A stretch of 22,418 nucleotides of DNA. Source: an uncultured Clostridia bacterium (GTDB lineage: Bacteria; Bacillota; Clostridia; Oscillospirales; Acutalibacteraceae). How positions within the stretch are numbered: the stretch's first letter is position 1; the number at the start of each line of letters is the position of its first letter. This document shows positions 1-9,004 of the stretch, in pieces. The stretch covers positions 1 to 22,418 of the forward strand of contig CAMHLN010000016.1 in assembly GCA_946186155.1 (NCBI GenBank). Direction: 5' to 3'. The position numbers and the translations under genes are program-made. A model generated the notes under the pieces. That model made no database searches, had not been told where the DNA came from, and was given only the letters and a program-made list of their open reading frames with translations.

Positions 1-107
<107 letters not shown>

Positions 108-121
108 GGGAGGGGAGATAT

Positions 122-2203
122 ATGCCTAGACAAGTACCTTTAGAAAAAACTAGAAATATTGGAATAATGGCCCATATTGATGCTGGAAAGACTACTACTA
201 CTGAGAGAGTTTTGTTCTATACTGGAATAAATCATAAGTTGGGAGAGGTCCATGATGGTGCTGCTACCATGGACTGGATGGTTCAGGAGCAAGAACGTGG
301 AATAACTATAACTTCTGCTGCCACGACTTGCTTTTGGAACGGAAACAGAATAAACATTATCGATACTCCGGGACACGTCGATTTTACCGTTGAGGTTGAA
401 AGGTCTCTTCGTGTTCTTGATGGATCAGTCACTTTACTTTCAGCAAAAGAGGGAGTTGAGCCCCAGTCTGAAACTGTTTGGAGGCAAGCAGATAGATATA
501 ACGTCCCCAGGATGGTATATGTTAACAAAATGGACATAATAGGGGCAAATTTCCTTAATGTTGTTGAAATGATGAAAGAACGTCTAAATTGTAATGCCGT
601 TCCTATTCAACTTCCCATCGGAGCAGAAGATAACTTCAAAGGAATAATAGATTTAGTAGAATTTAAGGCTTATATATACTACGACGACTTGGGAAAAGAC
701 ATTCGTTGCGAAGACATTCCCGATGATATGTTGGACATTGCTTCTGAATATAAAGAAAGACTTTTAGAGTCTGCTACTGAATTTGACGATTCCGTTCTTG
801 AAAAGTATCTTGATGGTCAAGATATTTCTGTTTCTGAACTTAAGAGTTGCATTCGCAAGGGAACAATTGAGTGTAAAATGGTTCCTGTTTTGTGTGGATC
901 ATCTTATAAAAACAAAGGAGTTCAAAAACTTCTTGATGCGGTTGTAGATTACATGCCATCTCCGTGCGATGTCCCTGCTATAAAGGGAGTGAATCCTAAA
1001 ACTGAAGAAGAAACAGAGAGAAAATCGTCTGATGAAGAACCTTTTTCTGCTCTTGCGTTCAAAATTGCAACTGACCCATATGTAGGTAAATTGTGTTTTT
1101 TCAGAGTTTATTCAGGAAAAGCTAAAGCAGGTTCTTTTGTTTACAATTCATCAAAAGATTCAAATGAGAGACTCGGAAGAATTGTGCAAATGCACTCTAA
1201 TAACAGACAGGAAATTGACGAAGTTTTTGCTGGGGATATTGCAGCTGCAGTAGGATTAAAAAAAGTCGGTACAGGAGATACTTTGTGCGATGAAAAGCAT
1301 CCTGTTATACTTGAATCAATGCAGTTTCCTGAGCCAGTTATAAGGGTTGCTATTGAGACTAAAACTAAAGATAGCCAAGAAAAAATGGGAATAGCTTTAG
1401 CAAAACTTGCAGAAGAAGACCCCACATTTAAAGCTTATACTGACGAAGAAACAGGGCAGACTATTATTGCAGGAATGGGAGAATTGCATCTTGAGATTAT
1501 AGTTGACCGTCTTCTCAGAGAATTTAAAGTCGAAGCTAATGTAGGCAAACCTCAAGTTTCTTACAAAGAAACAATAAAAAAATCTGCTGACGTTGAAGAA
1601 AAATACATTAGACAGTCAGGAGGAAGAGGACAGTACGGTCATGTTAAAATTAAAATTGAGCCTAATCCTGAAAAAGGATATGAATTTGTTAACAATATAG
1701 TTGGTGGAGCTATACCAAAAGAGTATATCCCTGCTGTTGATAGTGGAGTTCAAGGTGCAATGCTTTCTGGAGTTCTTGCGGGATATAACGTTGTTGATGT
1801 TAAGGTCACTCTTTATGATGGTTCGTTCCACGAAGTCGACTCATCTGAGATGGCGTTCAAAATTGCAGGGTCAATGGCATTTAAATCAGCAATGAGAAAA
1901 GCAAGTCCCGTAATTCTTGAGCCTATTATGAAAGTTTCTGTTACTGTGCCAGATGAGTATTTAGGAGATATAATGGGAGATTTGAGTTCTCGCCGCGGAG
2001 CTATTCAAGGAATGGAACAAATGCCGGGAGCTCAAAGAATAAACGCTATGGTTCCTCTTTCTGAAATGTTCGGATATGCAACTGATATGAGATCCAGAAC
2101 TCAAGGAAGAGGCCAGTATTCCATGGAGCCAAGCCACTATGCAGAGGTCCCGAAATCTATTTCTGAAAAAATTGTTTCTTCTAGAAATAAAAGTTCAGAA
2201 TAA
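122..2203 (+). CDS. fusA: Translation elongation factor G
   Basis: The ORF-track ORF 101..2203 starts at a GTG. The ATG at 122 gives [33 protein letters not shown], a canonical EF-G N-terminus and G1 motif. An RBS AAGGGAGGGG lies at 106-115. Full-length EF-G domains are present. Confidence 0.95.
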   Translation: MPRQVPLEKTRNIGIMAHIDAGKTTTTERVLFYTGINHKLGEVHDGAATMDWMVQEQERGITITSAATTCFWNGNRINIIDTPGHVDFTVEVERSLRVLDGSVTLLSAKEGVEPQSETVWRQADRYNVPRMVYVNKMDIIGANFLNVVEMMKERLNCNAVPIQLPIGAEDNFKGIIDLVEFKAYIYYDDLGKDIRCEDIPDDMLDIASEYKERLLESATEFDDSVLEKYLDGQDISVSELKSCIRKGTIECKMVPVLCGSSYKNKGVQKLLDAVVDYMPSPCDVPAIKGVNPKTEEETERKSSDEEPFSALAFKIATDPYVGKLCFFRVYSGKAKAGSFVYNSSKDSNERLGRIVQMHSNNRQEIDEVFAGDIAAAVGLKKVGTGDTLCDEKHPVILESMQFPEPVIRVAIETKTKDSQEKMGIALAKLAEEDPTFKAYTDEETGQTIIAGMGELHLEIIVDRLLREFKVEANVGKPQVSYKETIKKSADVEEKYIRQSGGRGQYGHVKIKIEPNPEKGYEFVNNIVGGAIPKEYIPAVDSGVQGAMLSGVLAGYNVVDVKVTLYDGSFHEVDSSEMAFKIAGSMAFKSAMRKASPVILEPIMKVSVTVPDEYLGDIMGDLSSRRGAIQGMEQMPGAQRINAMVPLSEMFGYATDMRSRTQGRGQYSMEPSHYAEVPKSISEKIVSSRNKSSE

Positions 2204-2206
2204 CTC

Positions 2207-2235
2207 TTGACATTATTTTAATTTATTGGTACAAA
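2207..2235 (+). promoter_or_regulatory. Putative sigma-A promoter internal to fusA-tuf (TTGACA, 17 bp spacer, TACAAA)
   Basis: TTGACA at 2207-2212 and the -10-like TACAAA at 2230-2235 are separated by 17 bp, in the 91-bp fusA-tuf spacer. Confidence 0.3.
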
Positions 2236-2294
2236 ACATTCGTTGCGTGTTGGTTCTTGGTTGCTTATTTTAAAAAATTTAGGAGGTATATTTT

Positions 2295-3494
2295 ATGGCA
2301 AAAGAGAAATTTGAACGTAACAAGCCCCATATAAACATTGGAACTATTGGTCACGTTGACCACGGTAAAACTACTTTAACTGCTGCTATAACCAAGTATT
2401 TAGGTTTAAAAGGACAGGCAGAATTTAAGGATTATTCCAACATTGATAATGCTCCAGAAGAACGTGAACGTGGTATTACTATTAATACTGCTCATGTTGA
2501 GTATGAGACTGATGCTAGACACTATGCTCACGTCGACTGCCCTGGTCACGCTGACTATGTTAAAAATATGATTACTGGTGCTGCACAAATGGACGGTGCT
2601 ATTCTTGTGGTTTCAGCTGCAGATGGTCCGATGCCGCAGACACGTGAACACATCTTGTTGTCTCGCCAGGTTGGAGTTCCTTATATTGTCGTTTTCATGA
2701 ACAAAATGGATCAAGTTGATGATCCTGAATTGGCAGATTTAGTCGAAATGGAGATTCGTGAATTATTGAACGAGTACGAATTCCCAGGAGATGATATTCC
2801 TATAATTAAAGGTTCAGCTTTTAAAGCTTTGGATTCAAAATCTGAGGATGTTTCTGCTCCTGAATATGCATGCATTGGAGAACTTATGGATGCAGTGGAT
2901 AAGTATATACCAACTCCTGAGAGGACTTCAGATCAGCCTTTCTTGATGCCTATAGAGGATATTTTCACTATAAGTGGACGTGGAACTGTTGCTACTGGTA
3001 GAGTTGAGCGTGGTAGATTGAATCTAAACGAAGAAGTTGAAATTGTTGGTATAAGAGAGTCGAGAAAGACTGTTGTTACTGGAATAGAGATGTTCAGAAA
3101 ACTTCTTGATTACGCTGAAGCTGGAGATAATATCGGTGTTTTGCTTCGTGGAATTGAAAGAAAAGATATTGAAAGAGGTCAAGTCGTTGCTAAACCTGGG
3201 ACCATACATCCTCACACAAAGTTTGAGGCACAGGTTTATGTTTTGAAAAAAGAAGAGGGAGGAAGACATACACCTTTCTTCACTAATTACAGACCTCAGT
3301 TTTATTTCAGGACCACTGATGTCACTGGTGTTATTAATCTTCCTGCGGGAACTGAAATGTGCATGCCTGGAGACAATGTTAGCATGAGTGTGGAGCTTAT
3401 TACTCCGATTGCAATTGAAGAAGGACTTCGTTTCGCTATTCGTGAAGGTGGTAGAACTGTTGGTTCTGGTGTTGTTACAAAAATCCAATCGTAG
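2295..3494 (+). CDS. tuf: Translation elongation factor Tu
   Basis: [33 protein letters not shown] and further DCPGHADY and NKMD motifs are present. An AGGAGGT RBS lies 7 nt upstream. Confidence 0.97.
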   Translation: MAKEKFERNKPHINIGTIGHVDHGKTTLTAAITKYLGLKGQAEFKDYSNIDNAPEERERGITINTAHVEYETDARHYAHVDCPGHADYVKNMITGAAQMDGAILVVSAADGPMPQTREHILLSRQVGVPYIVVFMNKMDQVDDPELADLVEMEIRELLNEYEFPGDDIPIIKGSAFKALDSKSEDVSAPEYACIGELMDAVDKYIPTPERTSDQPFLMPIEDIFTISGRGTVATGRVERGRLNLNEEVEIVGIRESRKTVVTGIEMFRKLLDYAEAGDNIGVLLRGIERKDIERGQVVAKPGTIHPHTKFEAQVYVLKKEEGGRHTPFFTNYRPQFYFRTTDVTGVINLPAGTEMCMPGDNVSMSVELITPIAIEEGLRFAIREGGRTVGSGVVTKIQS

Positions 3495-3531
3495 ATTATT
3501 TTTTTGCGCCCGGGATTTTTCTTGGGCGTTT

Positions 3532-3618
3532 GCTGGTATGGCGGAATAGGTAGACGCAAGGGACTTAAAATCCCTCGGTAGCGATGCCGTATCGGTTCAA
3601 GTCCGATTACCAGCACCA
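3532..3618 (+). tRNA. tRNA-Leu (anticodon TAA), CCA encoded
   Basis: Acceptor GCTGGTA pairs with TACCAGC. The anticodon stem-loop is GGGACTTAAAATCCC. A long variable arm (type II) is present. Discriminator A followed by CCA. Confidence 0.85.
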
Positions 3619-3619
3619 A

Positions 3620-3695
3620 AGGGGTATAGCTCAGTTGGTAGAGCAACGGTCTCCAAAACCGTGTGCCGAGGGTTCGAGTCCTTCTACCCCTGCCA
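3620..3695 (+). tRNA. tRNA-Trp (anticodon CCA), CCA encoded
   Basis: Acceptor AGGGGTA pairs with TACCCCT. The D-arm is AGCTCAGTTGGTAGAGC. The anticodon loop CTCCAAA sits in the ACGGT/ACCGT stem. The T-arm is GGTTCGAGTCC. Confidence 0.85.
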
Positions 3696-3702
3696 TTTTT
3701 TC

Positions 3703-3730
3703 ATCCAGAATGTTTGCTGGATTTTGTTTG
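3703..3730 (+). terminator. Rho-independent terminator after tuf-tRNA unit
   Basis: Perfect 6-bp stem ATCCAG/CTGGAT with an 8-nt loop, followed by TTTGTTTG. Confidence 0.55.
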
Positions 3731-3767
3731 TAAAAATTTCAAGATTGTTTATATGTGAGTAGGGTAT

Positions 3768-4328
3768 ATGATTGTACATTCGGGAACGTGTCAAATTCAA
3801 ACTCAGAGGCTTGTTTTAAGGAAGTTTGTTCAGAGTGATGCTGAGCCAATGTTTAATAATTGGGCGGGAGATTGTGAAAATGTTAAGTACGTTAGTTGGA
3901 AAGCTCACAAAAGTTTAAGCGAAACCCAAAAGTTAGTTTCTGATTGGATTCAAGGTTATGACAATTTGGACTATTATCGTTGGGTTATAACTCTTAAGGA
4001 TAGTGGTCACGTTATAGGAGAAATATCCGTTATTGATTTTTCCGATTGTGACGAATGCTGTGAAATTGGATATATTCTTTCGAAAAAATACTGGAATATG
4101 GGATTTATGACTGAAGCATTAAATGCTGTTATTAGATATCTTTTCGAAAAAGTAGGATTTCATCGTGTGCAATTACGCCACGATGTGAACAATCCAGCTT
4201 CTGGAAGAGTTATGCAGAAAAATGGATTAAAATATGAAGGGACGTTGCGCCATTCAAGAAAAAATAATCAAGGCAATTATTGCGATACATCTATTTATTC
4301 GATTTTGAAGTTCGAATTTAAATTTTGA
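3768..4328 (+). CDS. GNAT-family N-acetyltransferase (RimJ/RimL-like)
   Basis: The N-terminal TQRLVLRKFVQSDAEPMF matches the GNAT beta1-alpha1 region. The pattern HRVQLRHDVNNPASGRVMQKNG(L)KYEG is typical of ribosomal-protein acetyltransferase-like GNATs. Confidence 0.8.
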   Translation: MIVHSGTCQIQTQRLVLRKFVQSDAEPMFNNWAGDCENVKYVSWKAHKSLSETQKLVSDWIQGYDNLDYYRWVITLKDSGHVIGEISVIDFSDCDECCEIGYILSKKYWNMGFMTEALNAVIRYLFEKVGFHRVQLRHDVNNPASGRVMQKNGLKYEGTLRHSRKNNQGNYCDTSIYSILKFEFKF

Positions 4329-4391
4329 ATTCTAGAGTGTTTCATATTTCGGTTATTTGGATGTATAAATAAATTTCGTAATATCTTTTAA

Positions 4392-4407
4392 TTGAATTTC
4401 AATTCAA
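4392..4407. other. Perfect 16-bp palindrome TTGAATT-TC-AATTCAA (candidate operator)
   Basis: Read directly from the sequence, about 100 bp upstream of tRNA-Pro. Confidence 0.4.
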
Positions 4408-4508
4408 CATCAGCATATGTGTTTACAGTTAATTTTCTATTTTTTATTGCATTTTTTTACAAAATGTTGTAGAGTGTTCAGCATACCAGATAAGTTTACT
4501 ACTTTAGA

Positions 4509-4585
4509 CGAGGTGTAGCTCAGTTTGGGAGAGCGCTTGGTTTGGGACCAAGAGGCCGCAGGTTCGATCCCTGTCACTTCGACCA
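4509..4585 (+). tRNA. tRNA-Pro (anticodon TGG), CCA encoded
   Basis: Acceptor CGAGGTG pairs with CACTTCG. The D-arm is AGCTCAGTTTGGGAGAGC. The anticodon loop TTTGGGA sits in a CTTGG/CCAAG stem. The T-arm is GGTTCGATCC. Confidence 0.85.
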
Positions 4586-4611
4586 CTCTGGAGTTTTTAT
4601 TGGAGTTAATT

Positions 4612-5541
4612 ATGATTGGATTATTTGTAGTGCTTTTCTTAATTATTGTCATCATTGCAGTCGCTGTTACTTTATTTTCTGGATATTACATTGTTCGTCA
4701 GCAAACAGTTTGCATAATAGAAAGACTCGGTAAGTTTCATAAAATTGCTGATCCGGGATTGCATTTTAGAATTCCTTGGGGAATTGATAGAATTGCAAAA
4801 TGTGTGAGCCTTAAAGTTCATCAAAATAATATCGAAATTGAAACGAAGACGAAAGATAATGTGTTTGTTGTTCTCGATTTGGCAGTTCAATTCAAAGTTG
4901 ATCCAAATAAAGTAACTGATGCTTATTATAAACTTTTGACTCCTACAGCTCAAATTGAATCTTATATTGAAGATGCAATAAGATCTACCTTTTGTAAATT
5001 CCCTCTTGATGAATCGTATGAAAAAAAGGATGACATAGCTCAAGATGTATTTGATACTGTCTCGAGTGAAATGTCAGAATATGGGTATGTGATTATAAAA
5101 ACTCTTATAACATCTATTGAGCCTGACAAACAAGTTAAAGAGGCGATGAATGCCATTAACGCTTCTCAAAGGCAGAAATGTGCAGCTCAAGAACTTGCGA
5201 ATGCTGATAAAATAAAAATAGTCACAGCTGCTGAAGCAGATGCAGAAAAAGATCGCCTACACGGTGAAGGAATAGCGAATCAACGTAAAGCTATCGTGGA
5301 TGGATTAAGTGAGTCATTTAATGAGTTGAAATCAAGTGGACTTAGTGAACAAGAAGTCATGAGTATACTTTTGACAGAGCAATATCTTGATGCTTTACAG
5401 ACTTTTGCAAAATATGGTAACCATGCAATATTTCTTCCTGCAGGAGCATCCGGGGCAGATGATATTAGAACTCAAATTTTGAGTGCTATGCATGCTGTGA
5501 AAAATCATGATGATAACAAAGAAATTGAAAATAGAGTCTAG
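4612..5541 (+). CDS. SPFH/band-7 (stomatin/prohibitin-like) membrane protein
   Basis: N-terminal TM helix MIGLFVVLFLIIVIIAVAVTLF, then an SPFH core (IIERLGKFHKIADPGLHFRIPWGIDRI...) and a C-terminal coiled-coil. GGAG RBS at 4602-4605. The ORF-track extension back to 4525 overlaps tRNA-Pro and was rejected. Confidence 0.85.
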   Translation: MIGLFVVLFLIIVIIAVAVTLFSGYYIVRQQTVCIIERLGKFHKIADPGLHFRIPWGIDRIAKCVSLKVHQNNIEIETKTKDNVFVVLDLAVQFKVDPNKVTDAYYKLLTPTAQIESYIEDAIRSTFCKFPLDESYEKKDDIAQDVFDTVSSEMSEYGYVIIKTLITSIEPDKQVKEAMNAINASQRQKCAAQELANADKIKIVTAAEADAEKDRLHGEGIANQRKAIVDGLSESFNELKSSGLSEQEVMSILLTEQYLDALQTFAKYGNHAIFLPAGASGADDIRTQILSAMHAVKNHDDNKEIENRV

Positions 5542-5556
5542 ATTTTAATTTTGGTA

Positions 5557-5585
5557 TTTATTTTTCTTATTTGTTGTGATATAAT
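5557..5585 (+). promoter_or_regulatory. Putative secA promoter with extended -10 (TGTGATATAATCC)
   Basis: TGaTATAAT at 5577-5585, with a weak -35 TTTATT 17 bp upstream. Confidence 0.4.
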
Positions 5586-5648
5586 CCGAGGAGAGTTTTG
5601 TTTGGGTTTTTGATTTGTTCGAAGCAATCTGTATGTGAGGTGATTTTT

Positions 5649-8345
5649 GTGAATTTCATTAAATTACTATTCGGAAATTATAGCAAAAGAGAACTTAGAA
5701 GGATTCAGCCAATTGTCAATGCAGTTTTATCTAAAGAGCAACAATATATGAATATGGCAGACGAGGAACTTAAGGCGCAAACTCATGTTTTCAAAGAAAG
5801 ATTAAAAAACGGAGAGACTCTTGATAACATTCTTCCTGATGCTTTTGCAGCATGTAGGGAAGCTGCTGACCGTGCTTTAGGAAAAAGGCATTACCCTGTG
5901 CAAATTATAGGAGGGATTGTTCTTCACCAAGGAAGAGTTGCTGAGATGAGAACAGGAGAAGGAAAAACTTTAGTTTTGACTCTTCCTACCTATCTGAATG
6001 CTTTGACAGGGAAGGGAGTTCATGTTGTTACGGTTAACGACTATTTGGCAAAACGTGACTCTGACCTTATGAGCAAAGTTTATTCATTTTTAGGATTAAC
6101 TACGGGATTCGTTGGACATGATATGAGTAATGACCAGCGCAGAGTAGCGTACGCAAAAGATATTACTTATGCCACTAACAACGAGCTCGGATTCGACTAT
6201 CTTAGAGATAATATGGTCACAAAAAAAGAAAGACGAGTCCAGCGAGGACATTATTTTGCTATCGTGGACGAAGTTGACTCGATTCTTATAGATGAAGCAA
6301 GAACTCCTTTGATTATTTCAGGAGAGGGAGATAAATCTACCGAACTTTATGCAGTAGCTGACAGGTTCGCAAGGGGTCTGAGAATGACCAAAGTCAAAGA
6401 GTTGGATGCAAAAGAAGATAATGACGAGCTGTATAAAGATACTGACTATATAGTTGATGAAAAAGCTAAAACTGCTACTTTGACTCCTGAAGGGGTAAAA
6501 AAAGCTGAAGCATTTTTCCATCTCAATAATTTGATGGACCCCGAAAATTTGACTATACAGCACCATATAAACCAAGCTCTGAAAGCGCATGGAGTTATGA
6601 CTGCAGATATTGACTACGTTGTTCGCGGCAATGAAGTTCTTATAGTTGATGAGTTTACTGGTAGAATTATGCAGGGTCGCAGATATAACGAAGGATTGCA
6701 CCAAGCCATAGAGGCAAAAGAACGAGTTGAAATTCAAAAAGAATCTAAAACCCTGGCATCTATAACTTTTCAGAATTATTTCCGTCTTTACGATAAATTA
6801 TCCGGAACCTCGGGAACTGTTGTGACTGAAGAGGATGAATTTAGAGAAATTTACAAGTTGGATATAGTTGAAATTCCTCCGAATAAACCAGTTCAAAGAA
6901 TAGATGAGCCTGATTTGGTTTATAAAACTGAGAGAGGAAAATTCAGAGCAGTTGTGAATGAAATCAAAGAGGCACATAAAACCGGTCAGCCTATTCTCGT
7001 CGGAACCGCTGCTATAGATAAATCTGAAATTTTAAGCAACTTATTGACGCAAGCAGGTCTTGAACACCAGGTTTTGAACGCTAAACACCACGAACGAGAA
7101 GCAGAAATAGTCGCCCAGGCTGGTAAAAAAGGAGCAATAACAATTGCAACTAATATGGCTGGCCGTGGAACTGACATAATGCTTGGTGGTAACCCTGAAT
7201 TTATGGCAAAAGCTGAGCTTCGTCGCATAGGTCTTTCTCCTGAGCAAGTTATTGAAGCTACGAATGTTGACTTAACCGATGACCCAGAAGTTATAAAATT
7301 GAGGCAGCAGTATAGGACGTTTTTGGATAAATATACCGAAGAAATAAAATCTGATGCTGAGGAAGTTAGAAAATCTGGAGGCCTTTACATTATAGGTACG
7401 GAGAGGCATGAATCTAGGCGTATTGACAATCAGCTTAGAGGTCGTGCAGGTAGGCAAGGTGATCCTGGGCGGAGTAGATTTTATTTGTCTCTTGAAGATG
7501 ATTTAATTAGAATTTTCGGTGGAGATCGCATGTCTGCCATTATGTCTAGGTTTAACATAGACGAGGACACTCCTCTTGAGGCTAAAATGCTGACTAGGTC
7601 TATTGAGAATGCTCAGAAAAAGATAGAAATGAGAAATTTTGCATCAAGAAAGAATGTTCTTCAATATGATGATGTTTTGAGTAAGCAGAGAGAGATAATA
7701 TACAAGCAGAGAAACGAAATTCTTGATGGTGCTGATGTTCACGAGGAAATTTTGGGCATGATAGACAGTAGTGTGCAAGGTGTTGTTGCGAGATATCTTG
7801 CTCTCGAAGCTGAAAAGGAAAAGTGGAATTTAGAAGGTCTGAAAGATTACTACCTCAATTGGGCTCTTGATAATGATAGTCTGAATTTTAGCGAAGAAGA
7901 GTTAAAAAACCAGACTATACAATCTATAACTGATTTTATTATTCAAAAATGTAGGGAAAAGTTTAAACTTTTGGCTGATAATTACACTGAAGAATCTGTG
8001 AAAAATTTGGAAAGAACTTCTCTTTTGCAGGTTGTAGACAAGCATTGGATGGACCATATGGATGCTATGGAGGAGCTTAAGAGGGGCATAGGATTGCGTG
8101 CGTATGCTCAGAAAGATCCAATTATAGACTACAGAATGGAAGGATTTGATATGTTTGATGCTATGATATCAGACATAAAAGAAGAAACTGTAAAATCAGT
8201 TCTGTCTTTCTACACGAATCAAGTCAAATCGTCCAATAATAGTTATGAGGATGACGACGACGATGATTTTTCAGATATAGCTCCGTTTTTTGATCAACTT
8301 AGCAGCAAGATATCAGAGTCAGAAAGCACTTCTGTTGGATATTAA
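5649..8345 (+). CDS. secA: Preprotein translocase ATPase SecA
   Basis: Start assigned to GTG 5649, preceded by GAGGTGA. VNFIKLLFGNYSKRELRRIQPIVNAV aligns to the SecA N-terminus (MLGILNKMFDPTKRTLNRYEKI...). Walker A MRTGEGKTL, DEVDSILIDEARTPLIISG and TNMAGRGTDI are all present. The tail ends EDDDDDDFSD... without the CxCxSG Zn finger. Confidence 0.95.
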   Translation: MNFIKLLFGNYSKRELRRIQPIVNAVLSKEQQYMNMADEELKAQTHVFKERLKNGETLDNILPDAFAACREAADRALGKRHYPVQIIGGIVLHQGRVAEMRTGEGKTLVLTLPTYLNALTGKGVHVVTVNDYLAKRDSDLMSKVYSFLGLTTGFVGHDMSNDQRRVAYAKDITYATNNELGFDYLRDNMVTKKERRVQRGHYFAIVDEVDSILIDEARTPLIISGEGDKSTELYAVADRFARGLRMTKVKELDAKEDNDELYKDTDYIVDEKAKTATLTPEGVKKAEAFFHLNNLMDPENLTIQHHINQALKAHGVMTADIDYVVRGNEVLIVDEFTGRIMQGRRYNEGLHQAIEAKERVEIQKESKTLASITFQNYFRLYDKLSGTSGTVVTEEDEFREIYKLDIVEIPPNKPVQRIDEPDLVYKTERGKFRAVVNEIKEAHKTGQPILVGTAAIDKSEILSNLLTQAGLEHQVLNAKHHEREAEIVAQAGKKGAITIATNMAGRGTDIMLGGNPEFMAKAELRRIGLSPEQVIEATNVDLTDDPEVIKLRQQYRTFLDKYTEEIKSDAEEVRKSGGLYIIGTERHESRRIDNQLRGRAGRQGDPGRSRFYLSLEDDLIRIFGGDRMSAIMSRFNIDEDTPLEAKMLTRSIENAQKKIEMRNFASRKNVLQYDDVLSKQREIIYKQRNEILDGADVHEEILGMIDSSVQGVVARYLALEAEKEKWNLEGLKDYYLNWALDNDSLNFSEEELKNQTIQSITDFIIQKCREKFKLLADNYTEESVKNLERTSLLQVVDKHWMDHMDAMEELKRGIGLRAYAQKDPIIDYRMEGFDMFDAMISDIKEETVKSVLSFYTNQVKSSNNSYEDDDDDDFSDIAPFFDQLSSKISESESTSVGY

Positions 8346-8370
8346 AGTATAAATTTAGTTGTAAAAAATA

Positions 8371-8399
8371 TTGACTTTTAAAAAATTGAGTGATAAACT
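8371..8399 (+). promoter_or_regulatory. Putative promoter for tRNA array (TTGACT, 17 bp spacer, TGaTAAACT extended -10)
   Basis: TTGACT 8371-8376 and TAAACT 8394-8399, with a TG at 8391-8392. Confidence 0.45.
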
Positions 8400-8424
8400 A
8401 TGGGGGTAGTTTTGTTCTGGATTT

Positions 8425-8501
8425 GCGCCGGTAGCTCAGCAGGATAGAGCAACTGCCTTCTAAGCAGTAGGTCAGGGGTTCGAATCCCTTTCGGCGTGCC
8501 A
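8425..8501 (+). tRNA. tRNA-Arg (anticodon TCT), CCA encoded
   Basis: Acceptor GCGCCGG pairs with TCGGCGT. D-arm TAGCTCAGCAGGATAGAGC. Anticodon loop CTTCTAA in an ACTGC/GCAGT stem. T-arm GGTTCGAATCC. Confidence 0.8.
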
Positions 8502-8503
8502 GT

Positions 8504-8580
8504 GGTGGGCATAGCTCAGTTGGGAGAGCGCCAGATTGTGACTCTGGAGGTCGCCGGTTCAATCCCGGTTGTCTACCCCA
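8504..8580 (+). tRNA. tRNA-His (anticodon GTG) with encoded G-1, CCA encoded
   Basis: G-1 at 8504 pairs with discriminator C. Acceptor GTGGGCA pairs with TGTCTAC (2 G-U pairs). Anticodon loop TTGTGAC. T-arm GGTTCAATCC. Confidence 0.8.
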
Positions 8581-8582
8581 GT

Positions 8583-8657
8583 TGGGTTGTCGCCAAGTGG
8601 TAAGGCAATGGGCTCTGACCCCATCATTCGCTGGTCCGAATCCAGCCAACCCAGCCA
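8583..8657 (+). tRNA. tRNA-Gln (anticodon CTG), CCA encoded
   Basis: Acceptor TGGGTTG pairs with CAACCCA. Anticodon stem ATGGG/CCCAT with loop CTCTGAC. T-arm GGTCCGAATCC. Resembles the E. coli tRNA-Gln scaffold. Confidence 0.8.
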
Positions 8658-8662
8658 TTCAA

Positions 8663-8737
8663 TGGGATGTAGCCAAGCGGTAAGGCAACGGACTTTGACT
8701 CCGTCATTCGTTGGTTCGAATCCAGCCATCCCAGCCA
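8663..8737 (+). tRNA. tRNA-Gln (anticodon TTG), CCA encoded
   Basis: Acceptor TGGGATG pairs with CATCCCA. Anticodon stem ACGGA/TCCGT with loop CTTTGAC. T-arm GGTTCGAATCC. Confidence 0.8.
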
Positions 8738-9004
8738 TTTTTTGATTTTGATAGATATAGATGTTATATGAATGGGTTCATAGTAGCAATTTTTGCCAAA
8801 GAAAATTTAAATTTTTCTTCTGCCGGTATTTATGGGGTGTTTTTTTGTCCTTTTCAATGTTGAGATGTAGTTGATTTTTTTATTCAATTAATGGAATTTA
8901 GTACTTGACATTTATTGATCATTTTAGTAGCATGGAAAATGTAATATTTTTTTGTTCTCGGGTAATATTATTGTTGTATGATATGAATTGTATGGAGTGG
9001 TTTT

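Noticed and set aside
140-3488. Multiple minus-strand and alternative-frame ORFs inside fusA and tuf (140..376, 283..537, 1141..1425, 1616..1831, 1701..1895, 2406..2588, 3024..3488)
   Set aside because: They are antisense to, or nested in, two of the most conserved bacterial genes. They have low-complexity composition and no RBS, so they are spurious.
3506-3529. GC hairpin (CGCCC...GGGCG) between tuf and tRNA-Leu as a terminator
   Set aside because: The loop is 12 nt and there are only two T residues before the tRNA begins, so it is more likely a processing structure. The convincing terminator is at 3703-3730, after the tRNAs.
3302-3646. 114-aa minus-strand ORF overlapping the tuf 3' end and tRNA-Leu/Trp
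   Set aside because: It overlaps well-formed tRNA genes and the tuf C-terminus, and is an artefact of reading tRNA sequence.
4437-4733. ORFs 4437..4655 (minus) and 4542..4733 (plus), and the ORF-track N-terminal extension 4525..4611 of the SPFH gene
   Set aside because: All overlap tRNA-Pro (4509-4585). The SPFH gene has a clean GGAG RBS and starts at ATG 4612.
8398-8658. 86-aa minus-strand ORF across the tRNA array
   Set aside because: It coincides with four tRNA genes and has a GC-rich tRNA-derived composition.
8771-8872. Unlisted 33-codon ORF (MNGFIVAIFAKENLNFSSAGIYGVFFCPFQC) in the 267-bp AT-rich gap before the zinc-ribbon gene
   Set aside because: It has no RBS and low complexity, which AT-rich intergenic DNA is expected to produce by chance.
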